This document shows, piece by piece, positions 13,300 to 27,567 of a DNA stretch of 64,000 bases; position 1 is the stretch's first letter, and each line of letters starts with the position of its first letter. Made by a program: the position numbers and the translations under genes. A model generated the notes under the pieces. It was given only the letters and a program-made list of their open reading frames with translations, made no database searches and had not been told where the DNA came from. Source of the DNA: Welwitschia mirabilis (Eukaryota); NCBI GenBank assembly GCA_051453625.1, contig JBOZIK010000001.1:16674135-16738134 (forward strand). Reading direction: 5' to 3'.

Positions 13300-16200
13300 T
13301 CTTTCTTTTTGCAAAGAAGATCTTCCAAGTTAATTTCTTCTAGCATGTTTAAGGTATAAGAACAATCATCTACAGATGCATAAAGTTTTAACCTTTATCC
13401 ATTTACTTTTTAGATTTCTTGAGTTTGAAGAGTAGAGATCTTAATAGAGCCATTAGAATGTACCTTTTTAGGATAATAAGAATCAAGTGATTTATAACTC
13501 AACTTGTTATATATAAGATTTACTTAAGTATTATGCAAAAGCATGAATTAATCTATGTCCATACATTTAATGATTTTATCCTTGACTACGAGCTGAATGG
13601 TAGGAGTAAGTCTTCTTCAAGGTTACCTAATGGATTTAGAATTGTTCTCTAGGTAAATTTTATGTTGGACAATATGAGAAGGGATAGTACTAATATCTTT
13701 ATGAGTCCAAGAAATAGCTTCTAATTTTAAATTAATAAGTCAAATTAAGGCTTTTTCTTGGGAAGGGTGAAGTTGAGAACTAATGATTAATGGTTTATTA
13801 TGATTATTATTTAAGAAAATGTATTTCAAACCATTGGGTAAGCTTTTCATTTAAAGATTATTTTCATCCTTTATAGTTGTAAAGCACCTAACTTGATGTA
13901 AAAGATTTTCAATGGATCTCATTTATTGAATATCATGGTTAAGTATAAGTTAAAAGTCCCCTTAAGAATTATCATTAGAGGAGTCATTTAAGATATCTTA
14001 TTTGAGATTACAAGGGTTAGAAGAGTATAAAGATTTAAGAATAATAGAAGATTTCTCTTCATCATCAAATAAGGTTGAGTCATGTAATAAACGAGCCTTT
14101 CTTCTAATGGATGATGTTGCACTAATATGAATGACCTAACTTTTTATTCTATGCCTAATTCATCTCCCATGTCTTTTTAAGTAACACTGAATACTTTGAT
14201 ATTAAATTTTTTGTTATCTATATGACATTTCATCATCCTTGTTCAAGTATTAATGACACAATGAGCTATTGCACAAAAGTCTCTTCTTAAAGTAGAAGTA
14301 TCCTCCATTATGTTTAACCTCAATGATGAGCATACCTATAAGTTAGAAAGGTTCCTCTATTTAAATCACCAAGTCTTTGATTATGTTTATCAATTTTTTA
14401 ATTATTGAATTAACTAATTCCAATATTATTCTAATAGGTTTAATCCTTCCTTTGAATCCAAACTTTCTACGAATGTGCAAAGCATAATATTTACACTTTC
14501 TCCTATGTCGATTAAGGCTTTATTAATTTTCTTATTGCCTTTTAAAACAACACAAATAGTACTTGTCCCTAAATTTTTAAACTTAGGACATTTTCTATAA
14601 ATTAAGTTAGAAAGGGATTGTGTAATGAATACTTGGGATTATTCTTTTTTATTTTCTTCTTACTAAGTCTTTTCAAATTTTTATTTTCTTCTAAAATGGT
14701 AAGTTGATAGTAATGTTATTTATAATTACTTTTAAAAACTCATCATAATTTGGATTGGTGTTCAATCTATTCATTCATAAATTAGTATTCTTATTTGAAT
14801 ATTAGTTGTTATTTTTGGATTTATAGTTAAGAGTAGGAAAAAGATTTGGTTGATTAAGATATTCAACATCATCTTCTTAAGGCACTTTCTTATCTTTATG
14901 AAAATAAGTTAAGAGTTTTCCATAAGGAGTAGTGTCCTATCCACTTCTAGTAACTACTTTCCAATATTTCTTTAGATCACCTGGGTTTATAATAGTTTGG
15001 GTGGTAAGTAATTGTTAAGGCCTTTGATTTCCTAGCATGTTTTATCAAAGGAGGTCAATCAAATTTCTTAAGTTCTTATTTTGCTTTTCTAGGATTTTAT
15101 TAGTGATATCTTGCATCTTTCTAAGTTCTTCCATCATTTCTCCACACAATTCATTCTGATTGTAGTTAGAAAAATTGGGATGAGAGTTATGGTTTTTAAA
15201 TTTTTTTTTAATTAAGGTTTTGCAAGATGTTGAAAGTCCATTATTTCATGGTGTATATTGTTGGCTTCCTTTGGAGTTTTTTAACTTTTAGTTGAATGCA
15301 TAAACTTCATTGAACATGGCCTCTGGATGAGAGTTTTCATTTCATATTTCATAATGGTTAAGTTGATTTAGTAATTTTACATTAGTTAATGCTTTTTGCA
15401 ATTGTCCAAGATGCTATTAATATTACTAAGTAGGATTTTAACCTTTGGTTATTCTTCTTCATGTTGTACCTTTTTTAAATTTCTAAGCAATTTCACCTAT
15501 AGTTCTAGTGTCTTTATATGTAGTTTTTGGCTAGTTTTGATTTCTCTATAATTTATTCTAATAATTTCCAATCATTGTCTAAGGTTAAATTAAGTAAATT
15601 TCCACTACATGAAAGATCTATCATTTATTTAGTTTGACTATTTAACCCACTATATAAATGATCAATAAGTTCTTCTTTTATAACTCATTTACTAGGTTGA
15701 ATAATATGGCTATCAAAATATTTCATAAGTTAAGGAGTAATCCTCATGAGGCTATTAATGAAAATTGATTACCCTTTTTTCCTTGTTTTCATAACTATCT
15801 CATTCATTAATCATTTGATAAAGACTTCTTGTACTTAGTTTCATAACTTAATACTTTTATATGAAATGGTTTTAAGCCAATTTTTTACTTTTTCTTTCAA
15901 GGTAAATGGAAAGATAATCATGTAGGTTATATCTAAAATTTTAATTTTTTCATACCCTGAGATCATGATGAGTTATTCAATATTAGCTATGTGTTAAAGT
16001 GTATCCTCATTAGGTTCTTTAGAAAAGGTAGAATAGGCATTCAAGTTTTTTAACTCTACATCATCTCTGGTGGATAGGTCACATGGATTTTGAAGTTTCC
16101 TCTTTTTATTAGCTAAGATATTTTTTAGAGTGACATTTAAATTAGAGGATTTTAAGTGAATATTTATTTGATGCTATAGAAGTAAGAGATTTTTTGGATT

Positions 16201-16400
16201 TGTAGTAGAACTTGTTTGATTTTTAGAAATTTTCAAAGGTTTAATAGTATGTAAACAAGAAGTAGTAAATGCAGAATAATTGTCTTACTCAATTAAAGAA
16301 CTAAACTTTTCTTTCTTACCTCAAGTTCTTGAATTAAAGTCTACCAAACCTTCTTTAATTAATTTTTAAAGAAATTTCTTTCATAAGTGTATCTACCTTT
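13300..16400 (-). pseudogene. Athila-like gag and protease, with the RT N-terminus joined to the integrase C-terminus
   Basis: gag KLQNPCDLSTRDDVELKNLNAY (about 16035-16100); protease ALIDIGESVNIM (about 14485-14520); MKSLPNGLKYIFL (about 13810-13850); RRLTPTIQLVVKDKIIK (about 13565-13620); then KVHSNGSIKI and KVNG*RLKLY (about 13380-13470). Confidence 0.85.
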
Positions 16401-16904
16401 ACTACTATTTACTATTACCTTATAAGATCAAATTATGTTATACAAACTTCTTTACATACAAGTGACAACAATCTCCAAGATTACTCAAAGGTGCAAGGAC
16501 TAAGATATGCCAAATGAATGTGACAATCACTTAGATTGCACAAAGTGTAAAGTATAGATCAATTTTATTGAAAGAAATAATTAATATGGTAATCCCCAAG
16601 ATCACATGAAGTGTAAGAAGTAGATCTAATGGATTACTAAATTGAAATGTAAATCATTCAAATTAAAATTACATTTAAAAGTAATTGAAGGTAAATTACA
16701 AGAAAAGAAATTAAAATTTTCAAGAAAAGGAAATTAAAGTACACTTCAAATGAATAATCAAAAAATCATTTTTGGACCAAACGATAATCAAGAAATTGTA
16801 AGTAGATCCAAATGATAAAATACTATACTACTCAGAAAAATAATTTGAAAATAAATTTAAGATATGTACTTAAGTAATGACAATCTTCCTTTTCTCTTGA
16901 AGTC

Positions 16905-16922
16905 TCCCCTAAAAATGGCACA
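16905..16922 (-). promoter_or_regulatory. Degenerate tRNA-Asp-type PBS
   Basis: TGTGCCATTTTTAGGGGA next to the LTR3 boundary; the flanking taatgacaatc motif is shared with the 10388 context. Confidence 0.55.
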
Positions 16923-16927
16923 AAAAA

Positions 16928-17840
16928 TGTATATTTTTATTTGTAATTCCAATATTCTAAAGATTAAATTTGATTTTCAACACCTATAAATCTAATAATC
17001 TAATTACATACAATACACATTTACATAGTGGAATCAACCCAAATGTCATATAATTAGAGAATACTTAGAAAAGAGAATTTGAAAAATTGATTTTAGAAAG
17101 AAAGAATAATGTATCTTTGAATTTTACTTTATAGAAAATAAAATTAAACAATGGAAGGATGAATATGAAATGAAATACAATAGAATGAAATAAAAGGCAA
17201 TGTAATGAATGAAATTCAAATACAATGAGTTAATTGGATTTTCAACCTACTATCACTATATTAGCCCTTATAATCTATTTTAACTATGAATTCATATCAC
17301 TTAAATTACAAATAAGATAAACTATAAGAATAATGAAACATTTAAAAAGAGTTTCAATTTAATCAATATTTTTATTAATAAAATTAAAGTACATCCACTT
17401 ATGACAATAACTTCTCAATAGAAGATTTACTGCCTAGCACCAAGGTAGTTCTTCTCATAAGTAGGATGGATTTCCTTGGCTTTAACAATCTTCAATCATC
17501 ATAATAATGCAGATGACAAAAGATGATTTAAAATAGGGTCTATTTATAGGTTGGAATGGATGGTAAAAAATCTTTAAGAGGTGCAAAATGAAGAGGTGTG
17601 AGTTAGATCCACCATTTTATAACAATTTAATTAACTTTACAAATTAATTTGACTATCATCCATCATGTTGTTGCATCCATTAACTAATGCTTAGCACATG
17701 TTGATTATGTTGATTATCATTCTATGTATCATCCCCATGACTGTTGTTTCCATGATAGTCATTCCCATAATAGACTGAACAACGACTCTATCTTGATCAT
17801 TATACTTTGGTCCATCATCATGAAAAGATAGCTTATTATG
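16928..17840 (-). repeat. LTR3 left part (diverged Athila-like LTR), interrupted at 17841
   Basis: Shares blocks with LTR1/LTR2 (acccaaatgtcata, ggatgaatatgaaat, acatccactta, ctcaatagaaga). Resumes after 27435. Confidence 0.7.
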
Positions 17841-19511
17841 TGTAATGTCCTAGTTTTTAACCAAAATCATGGATGTTACTTAATGATGTGTTTTCAATGT
17901 ATCTCATCATGATTATGCACTAAACTAAAAATATATTATGTTTTAAACAAAATCTTAATCTAATAATAAACTATGATTATATGGAGATAAGTATAGCATA
18001 ATAATAACATGAAGATCATGTTAAATTTTAGTTAGCTTCATAAATAACTAGGAGAGTTACAATGTTACATAATATTCATAGAAAATATACATTAATAGCA
18101 TTCTTTTACATGTTACAACTACAAGTACATAAAGCATGAAATAAGTAGCAAAAGTATCCCAAGTCATCATCAACAAACATATCTTCCTCAATGACAAGAA
18201 TCCATGTCAGTATCTAAACCTATACATATAATATGGTATATGAATTATGAAATCATCATAATTCCTAGTATGGTCCATGGCAAGATAAGTAATGATAAGG
18301 GTTCTCAAGTAAAAGGAAAAATCAAGAATACCCAAAAATACCAATTCCCCTTTTTAATTAATCTTCTTTTATTGTTACTCCAAATAGATTCTAGTAAATC
18401 AATTACATATAATCCAAAATGGACAAATGATAAATTGGTTACATGTTTTCTATTCATCCTAGAAGTTTGCTACCATGGCTTCAAGACTCCCTTCAGAGAG
18501 CATCTCTTTCTAAAGTCTGAAGAACTAGTTTCCTTGGCTAGTTTTAATTTATTATTTAAAGATCATTAGCTATGATCAATAACCAAATCAAGTCAATTGA
18601 AGAACTCATCACAAGACTTAGGCTAGATGAGAAGGGTTGTGATACAAGCAACAAAGGCAGAAATACGAAGTGTATGAAGAATGAACAAAATAAGAATTCT
18701 AAATGATATACAAGAATAATCATGCAAGGATTTAATAATAATTAAAATCATTTCAAAATATAGATTATTCATAATGTAAGAGGTGAGGGATATGTAAGAA
18801 ATAAATAAAAAATAAAGGATTATACAAGAATGAAATGAATGCCATAAACCATACTTGAATAAATACAAAGATTTAAAGACTCTAAAGGTCCAAATCTATA
18901 AGGTTCTAAGGCTTTATCCAAGTCCAAGATTAAGATGGTAAGAATCAATAGTTTGGACATTTCTCAAGATCGAATATCAGAAGAGAAGTCTTCTAGTTAT
19001 AGTAAAAAGTATAGGATGATGAAAAGACATCATAAGAAAATGGTAGAGGTAGAGGAAGTGATATGGTAGACATGGTGAAGGTTGTGGAAGTGATGTGGTG
19101 AAAGTGGTGTAAGGTGTGGAAGTGGTGGAAGTAGTATGTAGAAGTAGTGGAAGATGTGGAAGTGATGGAAGTTATGGAAATTTTGTAACCCTTGTCAGGC
19201 CACTAGAAGTTCCAATATCATAATAATAATAACAATGCTCCACATTTAAATTAAAATAATTTTCATAACCAATAATTTTTAAAACACCACATAAAAACTA
19301 TTTTCTAGAAATATAATGAATTTGTAATGAAAATTAAATAACTAAAATTTTTAATAAGGTAATATTTAAAAATGTGAAGAATTATTGCATAATGTTTTCT
19401 TAATAAATATGGCACTACTAAAAATTTTAAAATAAATAAATATAGTAATTAAATTAGTTTATGACATTAAGAATTATTTAAAATCTTGGACCTAAAGTTC
19501 TAGACATGATA
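17841..19511 (-). repeat. 3' LTR (LTR-A)
   Basis: tgtaatgtcctagttttt...gacatgata, collinear with 25760-27430. Confidence 0.92.
19040..19180. repeat. GGAAGTGGT-like purine-rich minisatellite in LTR-A (copy at about 26965-27090 in LTR-B)
   Basis: Repeated gtggaagtg/ggaagtgatgg motifs. Confidence 0.7.
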
Positions 19512-22500
19512 TTATTCCACTCCTTAAGACGTTTCATCCTCGAATCTTGAGTTGTAAGCATCTATTTTAAATTTTCAACTAGCCTCTTTTTCTATTTCTC
19601 CTAATTATTGTACTTTCAAACTTAAATTTATCCTTCTATAACATAATATATGTTTTTAAATATGTTGAAATGTTATCTAAAGGCTTGCTAGTTAATCATC
19701 ATGATAGCACTAATCATCTCTTATGTCTAGAATGCTCAAGCCTTTAGAAATTTTATTCTTTCTATACTCTTTACTTGACTTCATTGCATATGCTTTCTAA
19801 GGTTGTATCATATATGTATATCAACTTTTAAGTTACTAAGAAATCATTTACTATACATGAACTTTCAATCTTCCTCATTTTCTAAAATCATAAAGCTTAC
19901 TTAATTATGGAAAATGTTATGAACTAGCATATCTCTCATGAGAGATTAGATAAGAATCACATAGGTACTTTTGTAAGGGATTTATAAGAACACAGTTGAA
20001 CATACTTATAGATGGTTAAAGACCAAAATATCTTAACAACCTTCTTGCTTTGACAAAAATTAAAATAAGTTTGGCCTATTAAATCCAAAATTGTAAAATC
20101 AAAAATTACAACATAATAATATATTAATTTAAATTGGGACACTTATCTCTAAAAATGTTATGTAGAAATTTTTCAAGCCTCAGCTCATAAATTGTAAGTC
20201 ACTTCCACTTTTCACTCCTTGTTGTGTGCTTATTTCAATGCCTCTTTAATACTTTTTCTTGTATCTTCTAGTTGAATTTCCTCATTAAAGATTCATATGT
20301 ATTATATATCATATTGAAGCCTAATAATTCAAGAATAAAAAGTGTAAAATAAGGCCAAAGTTATGTAAGAATAGACCAAGTAAGTATACAAGAGCATTTA
20401 TATAATTATGAGTAAGTAAAGTCTATTCCCTAAAGGTTGAATTACTATACGCATATTTTATCTAAACAAGATTACAAATTTTAACGATATAAAAATAGGA
20501 CTAGCTAGTTAAGATTTATTATGTAGCTAAGTATTATAAGATGTAAGAAAAAGGTAACTAAGAAAGAGGCTCAATTAATATAAGAATTTCTTAAGATAAA
20601 GGGTTATCTAAAGATTTTTTTAAAATAGTGTATAAACTACTCAAATAAGCTAAAGTGTTAACTCACTAATGAAAGTATTACCTCTTTACTTTTATCCATT
20701 AGCATATCATAATAATATTAATTTTTTACATAACTTCATTTATAACTCTAAAATAATTAAAGTTAAACCAAACAAATTAGAATATATCATGAATTATAAA
20801 CTTCTTAACAACATTTATTGAATCACATCTCTAACTTCTTCTTTATCTGTTTCTTCTTTATACCTTCATAGTCGAATATGTTCACCAATTCTAGGTTGCT
20901 TCATAATTAATTACTCATTTAAGAATTAACGTATACTTAAATTTTAACTTATTAAAGGAACTCTCCTTGGAAATTTCTTTAACACATAATTCCATTTACA
21001 TAGTAACTCATGAAATAGGGGATCACAGAATGTAAAAGCGGAGCCAGTTATGTAGTGCATTCTTTAATAAAAAATCTTTTGCTCTTAATCCTCTTCTTAA
21101 CCCTTTTACAAACTTTATCTCTACTTCACTCCTTATATTTCCCATTTAACCCAATAAAACATTTACTATTATTTTTAATTCCATTAACTATAACCCAATT
21201 TCTTTATGCTAAAGTACTACCTAATATTTAAAGAAATGTAAACCATAGAGAACATCCACCATTGCTAAAATTATGCAAATAATACCTTCTTCTTAACTAG
21301 GATTTGATGGCTAATAAAAGGTGATGTTAGTGTCTCCACTTATAAGTATCACATATGTTGTGCATCATTTTTAGATGGATATGCTTCTGTCATCCAAGAT
21401 TTGCTTATCATTTATAATACTTAACACAATGACTATGGTAATAATATTACAGGGATCAAGATGCCTCCATAAATAATAGTTAAATAACTCTAGTAGACTT
21501 CTATAAAATATTTAATGTATATGACTAAACAAAGGATGCACATTTATTTATTATTGCAAATATTCCATTCACTATAGCTTTTTTCCATACAAACATAAGA
21601 ACAATCTTAGCAATGAATAGTTTAGATTGACTGGTTTGGTTTTAAATATTCATTTTCTTTTCAAATAAATAATAAATTTCTTTTGCCTATTTTACCTTTG
21701 CACTATTGGAAACATCATCAATTTCAATAGGATTCACAATGCCTAGAAGGATTTAGGCCATGAGAAGATCTCATGATCAGAATATCGACACTCTCATAAC
21801 CTATGCTTTGTTATCCATGTAATACTCTTCTAAACTAATGCAACAAAATGCACACAATGATTGAAACACCAAGGCAAGGAGTATTATAAAAGGATGAAAA
21901 TATGTTATTAATGTCATCCATCCCTGTCCACTAGTTTAAATGCTACTATCATTCTTAGTTGATAATTACATTGGACAATATCTTCATCAAAATTTTCATG
22001 TAAAAGATTAAAAAAAAGTTATAGGCTTTATAATGATGTATGATTAATAGTCTTAAGGAACCTACACTATACATAGAATAAGCATCAGGAAACCTTTCAT
22101 TTTCTAAATAGAGAAGTTGATGTTGCAGCTCCTCTATGTCCTCTTACATGTACAAAAGCATTCTCCTACTAAAGATACTGAATTTGATTATTCCTATTTT
22201 ACTCATACCTATCTTCAATAGTATTAAGAAATATACCATGGTTTATGATTTTAAAATAACTAATGTCATATTCTATATGCTTTTTGAAGTTGTCAATAAA
22301 GAAGGAAAATGAAGAAGAAATCAATTCATACGATTAAGTTCATTAAAAAAATCCATATCTAGAAAAGGTTTCAAATAAGTTACACCTTTCATCAAGCCAT
22401 AGCCATTAACTCCCCATTTCATTCTAGTGACTCCTTAGGATGGCTTAATTCTTCATAGATTCAAGATAATAATTTCTAGTATGAGAGATAAAGGGGATTT

Positions 22501-25500
22501 TTCAATCATGACTCCTCCTCCTTTTTTTGTTCTAATAAAAAATGATATCATATTCCTTGAGATAAATGGTTTAGGTTCATAGGATTTTTTTCATAATATC
22601 ATATGGAACTTAGAAATAGGGTTATTATTTTAAATCCTTAGCCTCTTATTCTAGTTAGGTTTCTTAGGGTTATAAGAATAAGAAGACTCATAAAGAAATG
22701 TATTTCACTAGATTTTGCAATATAAATCCTAAGGAAACACTGTAGGCCTTTGGTTGTCAGGATTCTAAGTTAGTACTCTTTTGTTTCTATTGAAAAATGG
22801 TTGATTAATAATTGGGAAAGGATTTGCAGAATTCAAAGACATGAATCATGAAGTAGTATTTTTATTATTATTATTATTAGTGATTTGTTTCATACAAAGC
22901 TTTCATGATCTAGAAAAAAATATTTAAAGCTCCTTAAAATGGTAAGGGTCTTTTAGAATCCAGAAGGTTAGCCTTGCACTGGGCTCTTTGTTCTTTCTAT
23001 GATATTATTGAAATTTAAGCAAAAATCATTCAAATTACTTTCAATTTCATATACAAAACTGAAATATTAAAATATTTGATGTGATTTGATTTGATAAGGT
23101 CAAGCCAAAGGAGATTTATAGGTCTCAAAATTATAATCAGAAATAAAATTTCTTCTTTCATCAAAAATTGTCATTACCTACATTATCTCTAAATATTCCA
23201 CTTTTTTATCCTAACACATTCATGTCTATTTGTAATTCAAGATCTAATTCATTTTATTTTTATGTATAGATTATTATATCAATTATAATTATTTTTCATT
23301 AGAATGTTTCTTAAGCAATCAAGAATAAGTACTAGGGATTTCTAAATAAAATAATAGTGTATGTTCATCTTTCCTCATTACAAAAATGTACTTCTTTCTA
23401 TCTTTAAAATTTATAACAAACTTATAATATTATCTTTTTATAGTGGAATGACTATGTTACATATGTAGATGTTCGATTTAGCAAATTTGGTAATCAAGTA
23501 AAATACTAAGAAAATCTAAATAAACCTCTGGTATTCTACACTCTTTCTTATTATGCTAGAGTTCATGCATCATGCCATTATTCTATGTCAATCAAAAACT
23601 ACATAGCATTAAACTCAATCATAGGATCATACATTATTACCAACATCCTACTTTGCATGCATAGAGTAGTAGTAAATCTCTACTAATTAAAAACCCAAAA
23701 TGCAACACTAGCATTATAAATGCTATAAAATGGTTTATATCCTTCTCCAATGAGGTTATTTAGTAGTGTATAGGGCCATGAATTGTGCCATTAGATGATC
23801 CATTGATTATTGTTGTTATTATTGTTATTATTATTTTCTCTGTCTCTCTTCTTTTGATAAGTGAAAATTTAATAGATGATGAAGTTGCCAGATATGAAGA
23901 AATTTAATGAAAATGCAATTACATTTAGTGTTTATGTCTAAAACATTACTTCCTTTGAGAATCTTCTCTTGATCACTTCTTATTTTTCCTTTTTTTTTTC
24001 TTTTAAAAATAAATTGACAAAGAAAGAAGATCAGTCCTTCATTTTTTCAATATGAGATTCCTCTTCTTCCCTAGTATTTGATGAAGGATGTTGTTATATA
24101 TAATTTACAATGCTTTGTTTCTATCATTGATTCTTATCTTTTCCTTAATATTATATGAAATGATAAATAAATCAAATATTATTTGGTCATCTTTAAATAT
24201 CAAAGATAATGCCTACAAATAATTTATAAAAGTACATGATGGACTTGTTGTTTAAACTTTAAAAGAATGCTTCCTAAGAGATTAAAAAAATCTCATAAGT
24301 GCCTTTATCAATTGGTTGATTTATGAACATGGTTAACCAAAAAAATAGAATCATAAGTTCCACCATTAAACCAAATTTCAACACCCAAATTATTAGCATA
24401 ATTAACATAAAACTTTTAAAACTTTTGATGTCTTATTTTGCTCTATTAATATTATAATACCTTTACAAGATAAAGGGGAAGAGTACTAGATTTTTTGTAT
24501 GCTTCATAGCTTTGTAGTTATATCAGGTTAATTCAAAACTATGGACATTAATGCCCTACTCCTAGCTATCTATGACTATCTTTATTACTTTTACCAATTA
24601 AACATGCTATTGACTTGCTACCTTTAGTGTCATATTATATATGCATAACTCCTCATATTCAAGGTCTTTACTCCTCTGATATGAAACTATAGACTTATTA
24701 TTTTGATTTGAAAAATACCTTAGAATGGTTCAACTTTACATAGTTTTCTAGAACACTAATTATTTAAATGAATCATATAACATAAAAGTAGCATGATGGA
24801 TCTAGTGATAGACAATCTAGGAATATATTATTGCATTACATGATCACTTCCATCATTCAAAGTCACAAGAATACCACTACTATATGCACTCCACTCATTA
24901 AAAGATTTCCAAGGGTCAACAAGACTAAACAAGCAATAGATTTAGATTTTGGTATCTTTCATGATTTCATTATGATTATTACTATGATCTAGTAATAAGT
25001 ACTATAAAGATTCTATTTGCACTTTCTTCAATATTTCATGATCTACTAATTGGAAAACATTTCTTAGGTTTTCTTGAGATATTTGAGCCTTTAAAAAAAT
25101 TAAAATTAGTAAATTTTCTTGGTCTCTTTTCCTCTGTGTCCCTAAATCATTATGGATAATACAATCATAAGGAACTTGTCTGATGCTACTTCCTTGAGAC
25201 TATCTCCTTTACATGTTATCCTTTTTTATGATGCCTATGTTCGAGTGGTTTACAACAATGACCTATTTTCTTAAATTATTAATACCTATTTTAAAGGAGT
25301 TAAGACAAAGATTTATTTAATATTTTCTTTATATAGGTATTCTTTCAAATGGTTTATTTTTATATATTTCTAGTAAATAACTGTAATCAGTATTTATAGA
25401 CTTCTCTATTATGAGGGAGGAATTTAATAAAGACTTAACTCCTGTCATTAAAATCTCATGACTAGATACTTGAGAACCTACAATAATTTTCTCTTTAGGA

Positions 25501-25759
25501 TTAAAAAGAATGACCCATGGATTTTTACATACTTAGTTATACCCTAAATTGTATTACAATCTTTTATTAATCCTAACCAATTTTGAGGGTTATCCGGTAA
25601 TCATTTATTTATTACATAAGTATCCTTAGAAAATTATACAATCAATGAAGTTCTTAGACCTACTCTTTAAAGAGTTTTTCATATGTATTCATTGTTTCTA
25701 TAATGGATTCACAATAATTATACCTAGAAAAATCATAATCTAGTTTTCTAATATCAAAT

Positions 25760-27430
25760 TGTAATATCCTAGTTTTTAACCAAAACTAATGAATGTTACT
25801 TAATGAAATGTTCTCAACATATCTCATCATGATTATGCACTAAACTAATAATTTATTTTATTTTGAATAAAATCTCAATCTAATAACAAATTGTAATTAT
25901 ATAAAAATAATTATAGCATCATAATAACATTGAGATCATATCAAATTTTAATTAGCTTCATAAACTACTAGAAGATTTACAATGTTATATAATATTCATA
26001 AAACATTTACAATAATAGCATTCTTTCACATGTTACAACTACAAGTACATAAAGCATGAAATAAGTAGCAAAATTATCCCAAGCTATTAACAATAAGCAC
26101 ATCTTCCTCAATGACTATAATCCATACCAGTATCTAAACCTACACACACAATATGATATGAGAATTATAAAATCATAAGAATCTCCAATATGGTTCATGA
26201 CAAGGTAAGGAATGATAAGGGTTCTTAAGTAAAAGGGAAAATCAAGAATAACCAAAAATACTAAGGCTTCTTTTTAGTTAATTGTCTTTTACTATTACTT
26301 CAAATAGATTCCAATAAACTAGTTGCACACAATCCAGAGGGACAAATGATAAATTGGTCACATTTCTCCTATTCATCCTAGAAGTTCAATCACATAGCCT
26401 TGGAACTTCCTTTAGAGAGAATCTCTCTTTGAAGTCTAAAAAACTAATTACCTTGGCTAATTTTAGTTCCTTATTTAAATATCATCAACCAAGTTCAATT
26501 AAAAAATTAAGTCAATTCAATAACTTCTCACAAGACTTGGTCTAGATGAGAAGGGTTATGATACAGGCAAGAATGGTACAAATACAAGGTGTATGAAAGA
26601 TGAACAAAATAAGAATTCTAAACGATATGCAATAATAATCATATAAGGATTTAATAAAAATTAAAATCATTTTAAAACATAGACTATTTGCAATGCAAGA
26701 GATGAGGATTGTATAAGAAATAAATGAAAAACAAAGGACCATACAAGAAAGAAATGAATGTCATAAACCATACATGAATAAATATAAAGATTCAAATACT
26801 TGGAAGGTTTCGAGCTCTAAGGTTCTAAGGCTTTATCCAATCTTCAAGATTAAGATGATAAGAATTAATAGTCTAAACTTTTCTTGAGATGAAAATATGA
26901 GAAGAGAAGGGTTCTTTACAGTAAAAAGTATAGGATGATGAAAAGACATCATAAGGGAGTCATACAGGTAGAGGAAGTGATATGGTCAAAGTGGTGTACA
27001 TGGTGGAAGTGGTGTGATAAAAGTGATGGGAGGTGTGGAAGTAATGGAAGTGGTGTGTAAAAGTGCTGGGAGATGTGGAAATAGTAGTGATGAAAATTCT
27101 ATAACCCTTACTAGGCCATTGGGCATTTCAATCTCATAATAATAATAATAATAAAATGATTCACATGTAAATTAAGATAATTCTTATAACTAGTAATTTC
27201 TAAAAGCACATAAAAACTATTTTTCATAAATAAAATGAATTAGCCATAAAAATTAAATCATTAAAATTTTTAATAAGGTAATATTTAAAAATGTGAAGAA
27301 TTATTACATAAAGTTTTCTTAATAAAAATTACACTACTGAAAATTTTAAGGTAAATAGATATAGTAATTAAACTAGCTCATGAAATTAAGAATTATTTAA
27401 AATCTTGGACTTGAAGATATAGACATGACA
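25760..27430 (-). repeat. 5' LTR (LTR-B)
   Basis: tgtaatatcctagttttt...gacatgaca (TG..CA); PBS-Met-like site adjacent. Confidence 0.92.
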
Positions 27431-27435
27431 TTTTG

Positions 27436-27567
27436 TTGCAAATTATTACATTTCATAACTTGCATGGAAGCTTTGTATAATTTGCATAAATCCCTAGAAA
27501 ACCTATCAATAGGACCTAAAAATATACTTCACAAGTGTATTAAATAGGTCAATTTGGATTTGTAATA
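27436..27567 (-). repeat. LTR3 right part
   Basis: Joining 17823-17840 (aaagatagcttattatg) to ttgcaaattattacattt resembles LTR1 aaaatagctctaattatgctaagaattacatatttt; ends ttgtaata (cf. ttgcaaca). Confidence 0.6.

Larger units (their letters stand above)
17841..27430 (-). mobile_element. tRNA-Met-primed gypsy LTR retrotransposon (Tekay/Del-like ends), heavily decayed, no RT recognised
   Basis: Two 1671-bp direct repeats; PBS-like tttctaatatca (25745-25756); minus-strand 3' end TTCGAGGATGAAACGTCTTAAGGAGTGGAATAA (19512-19544); flanks ttatg/ttttg give a 4/5 TSD. Confidence 0.85.
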
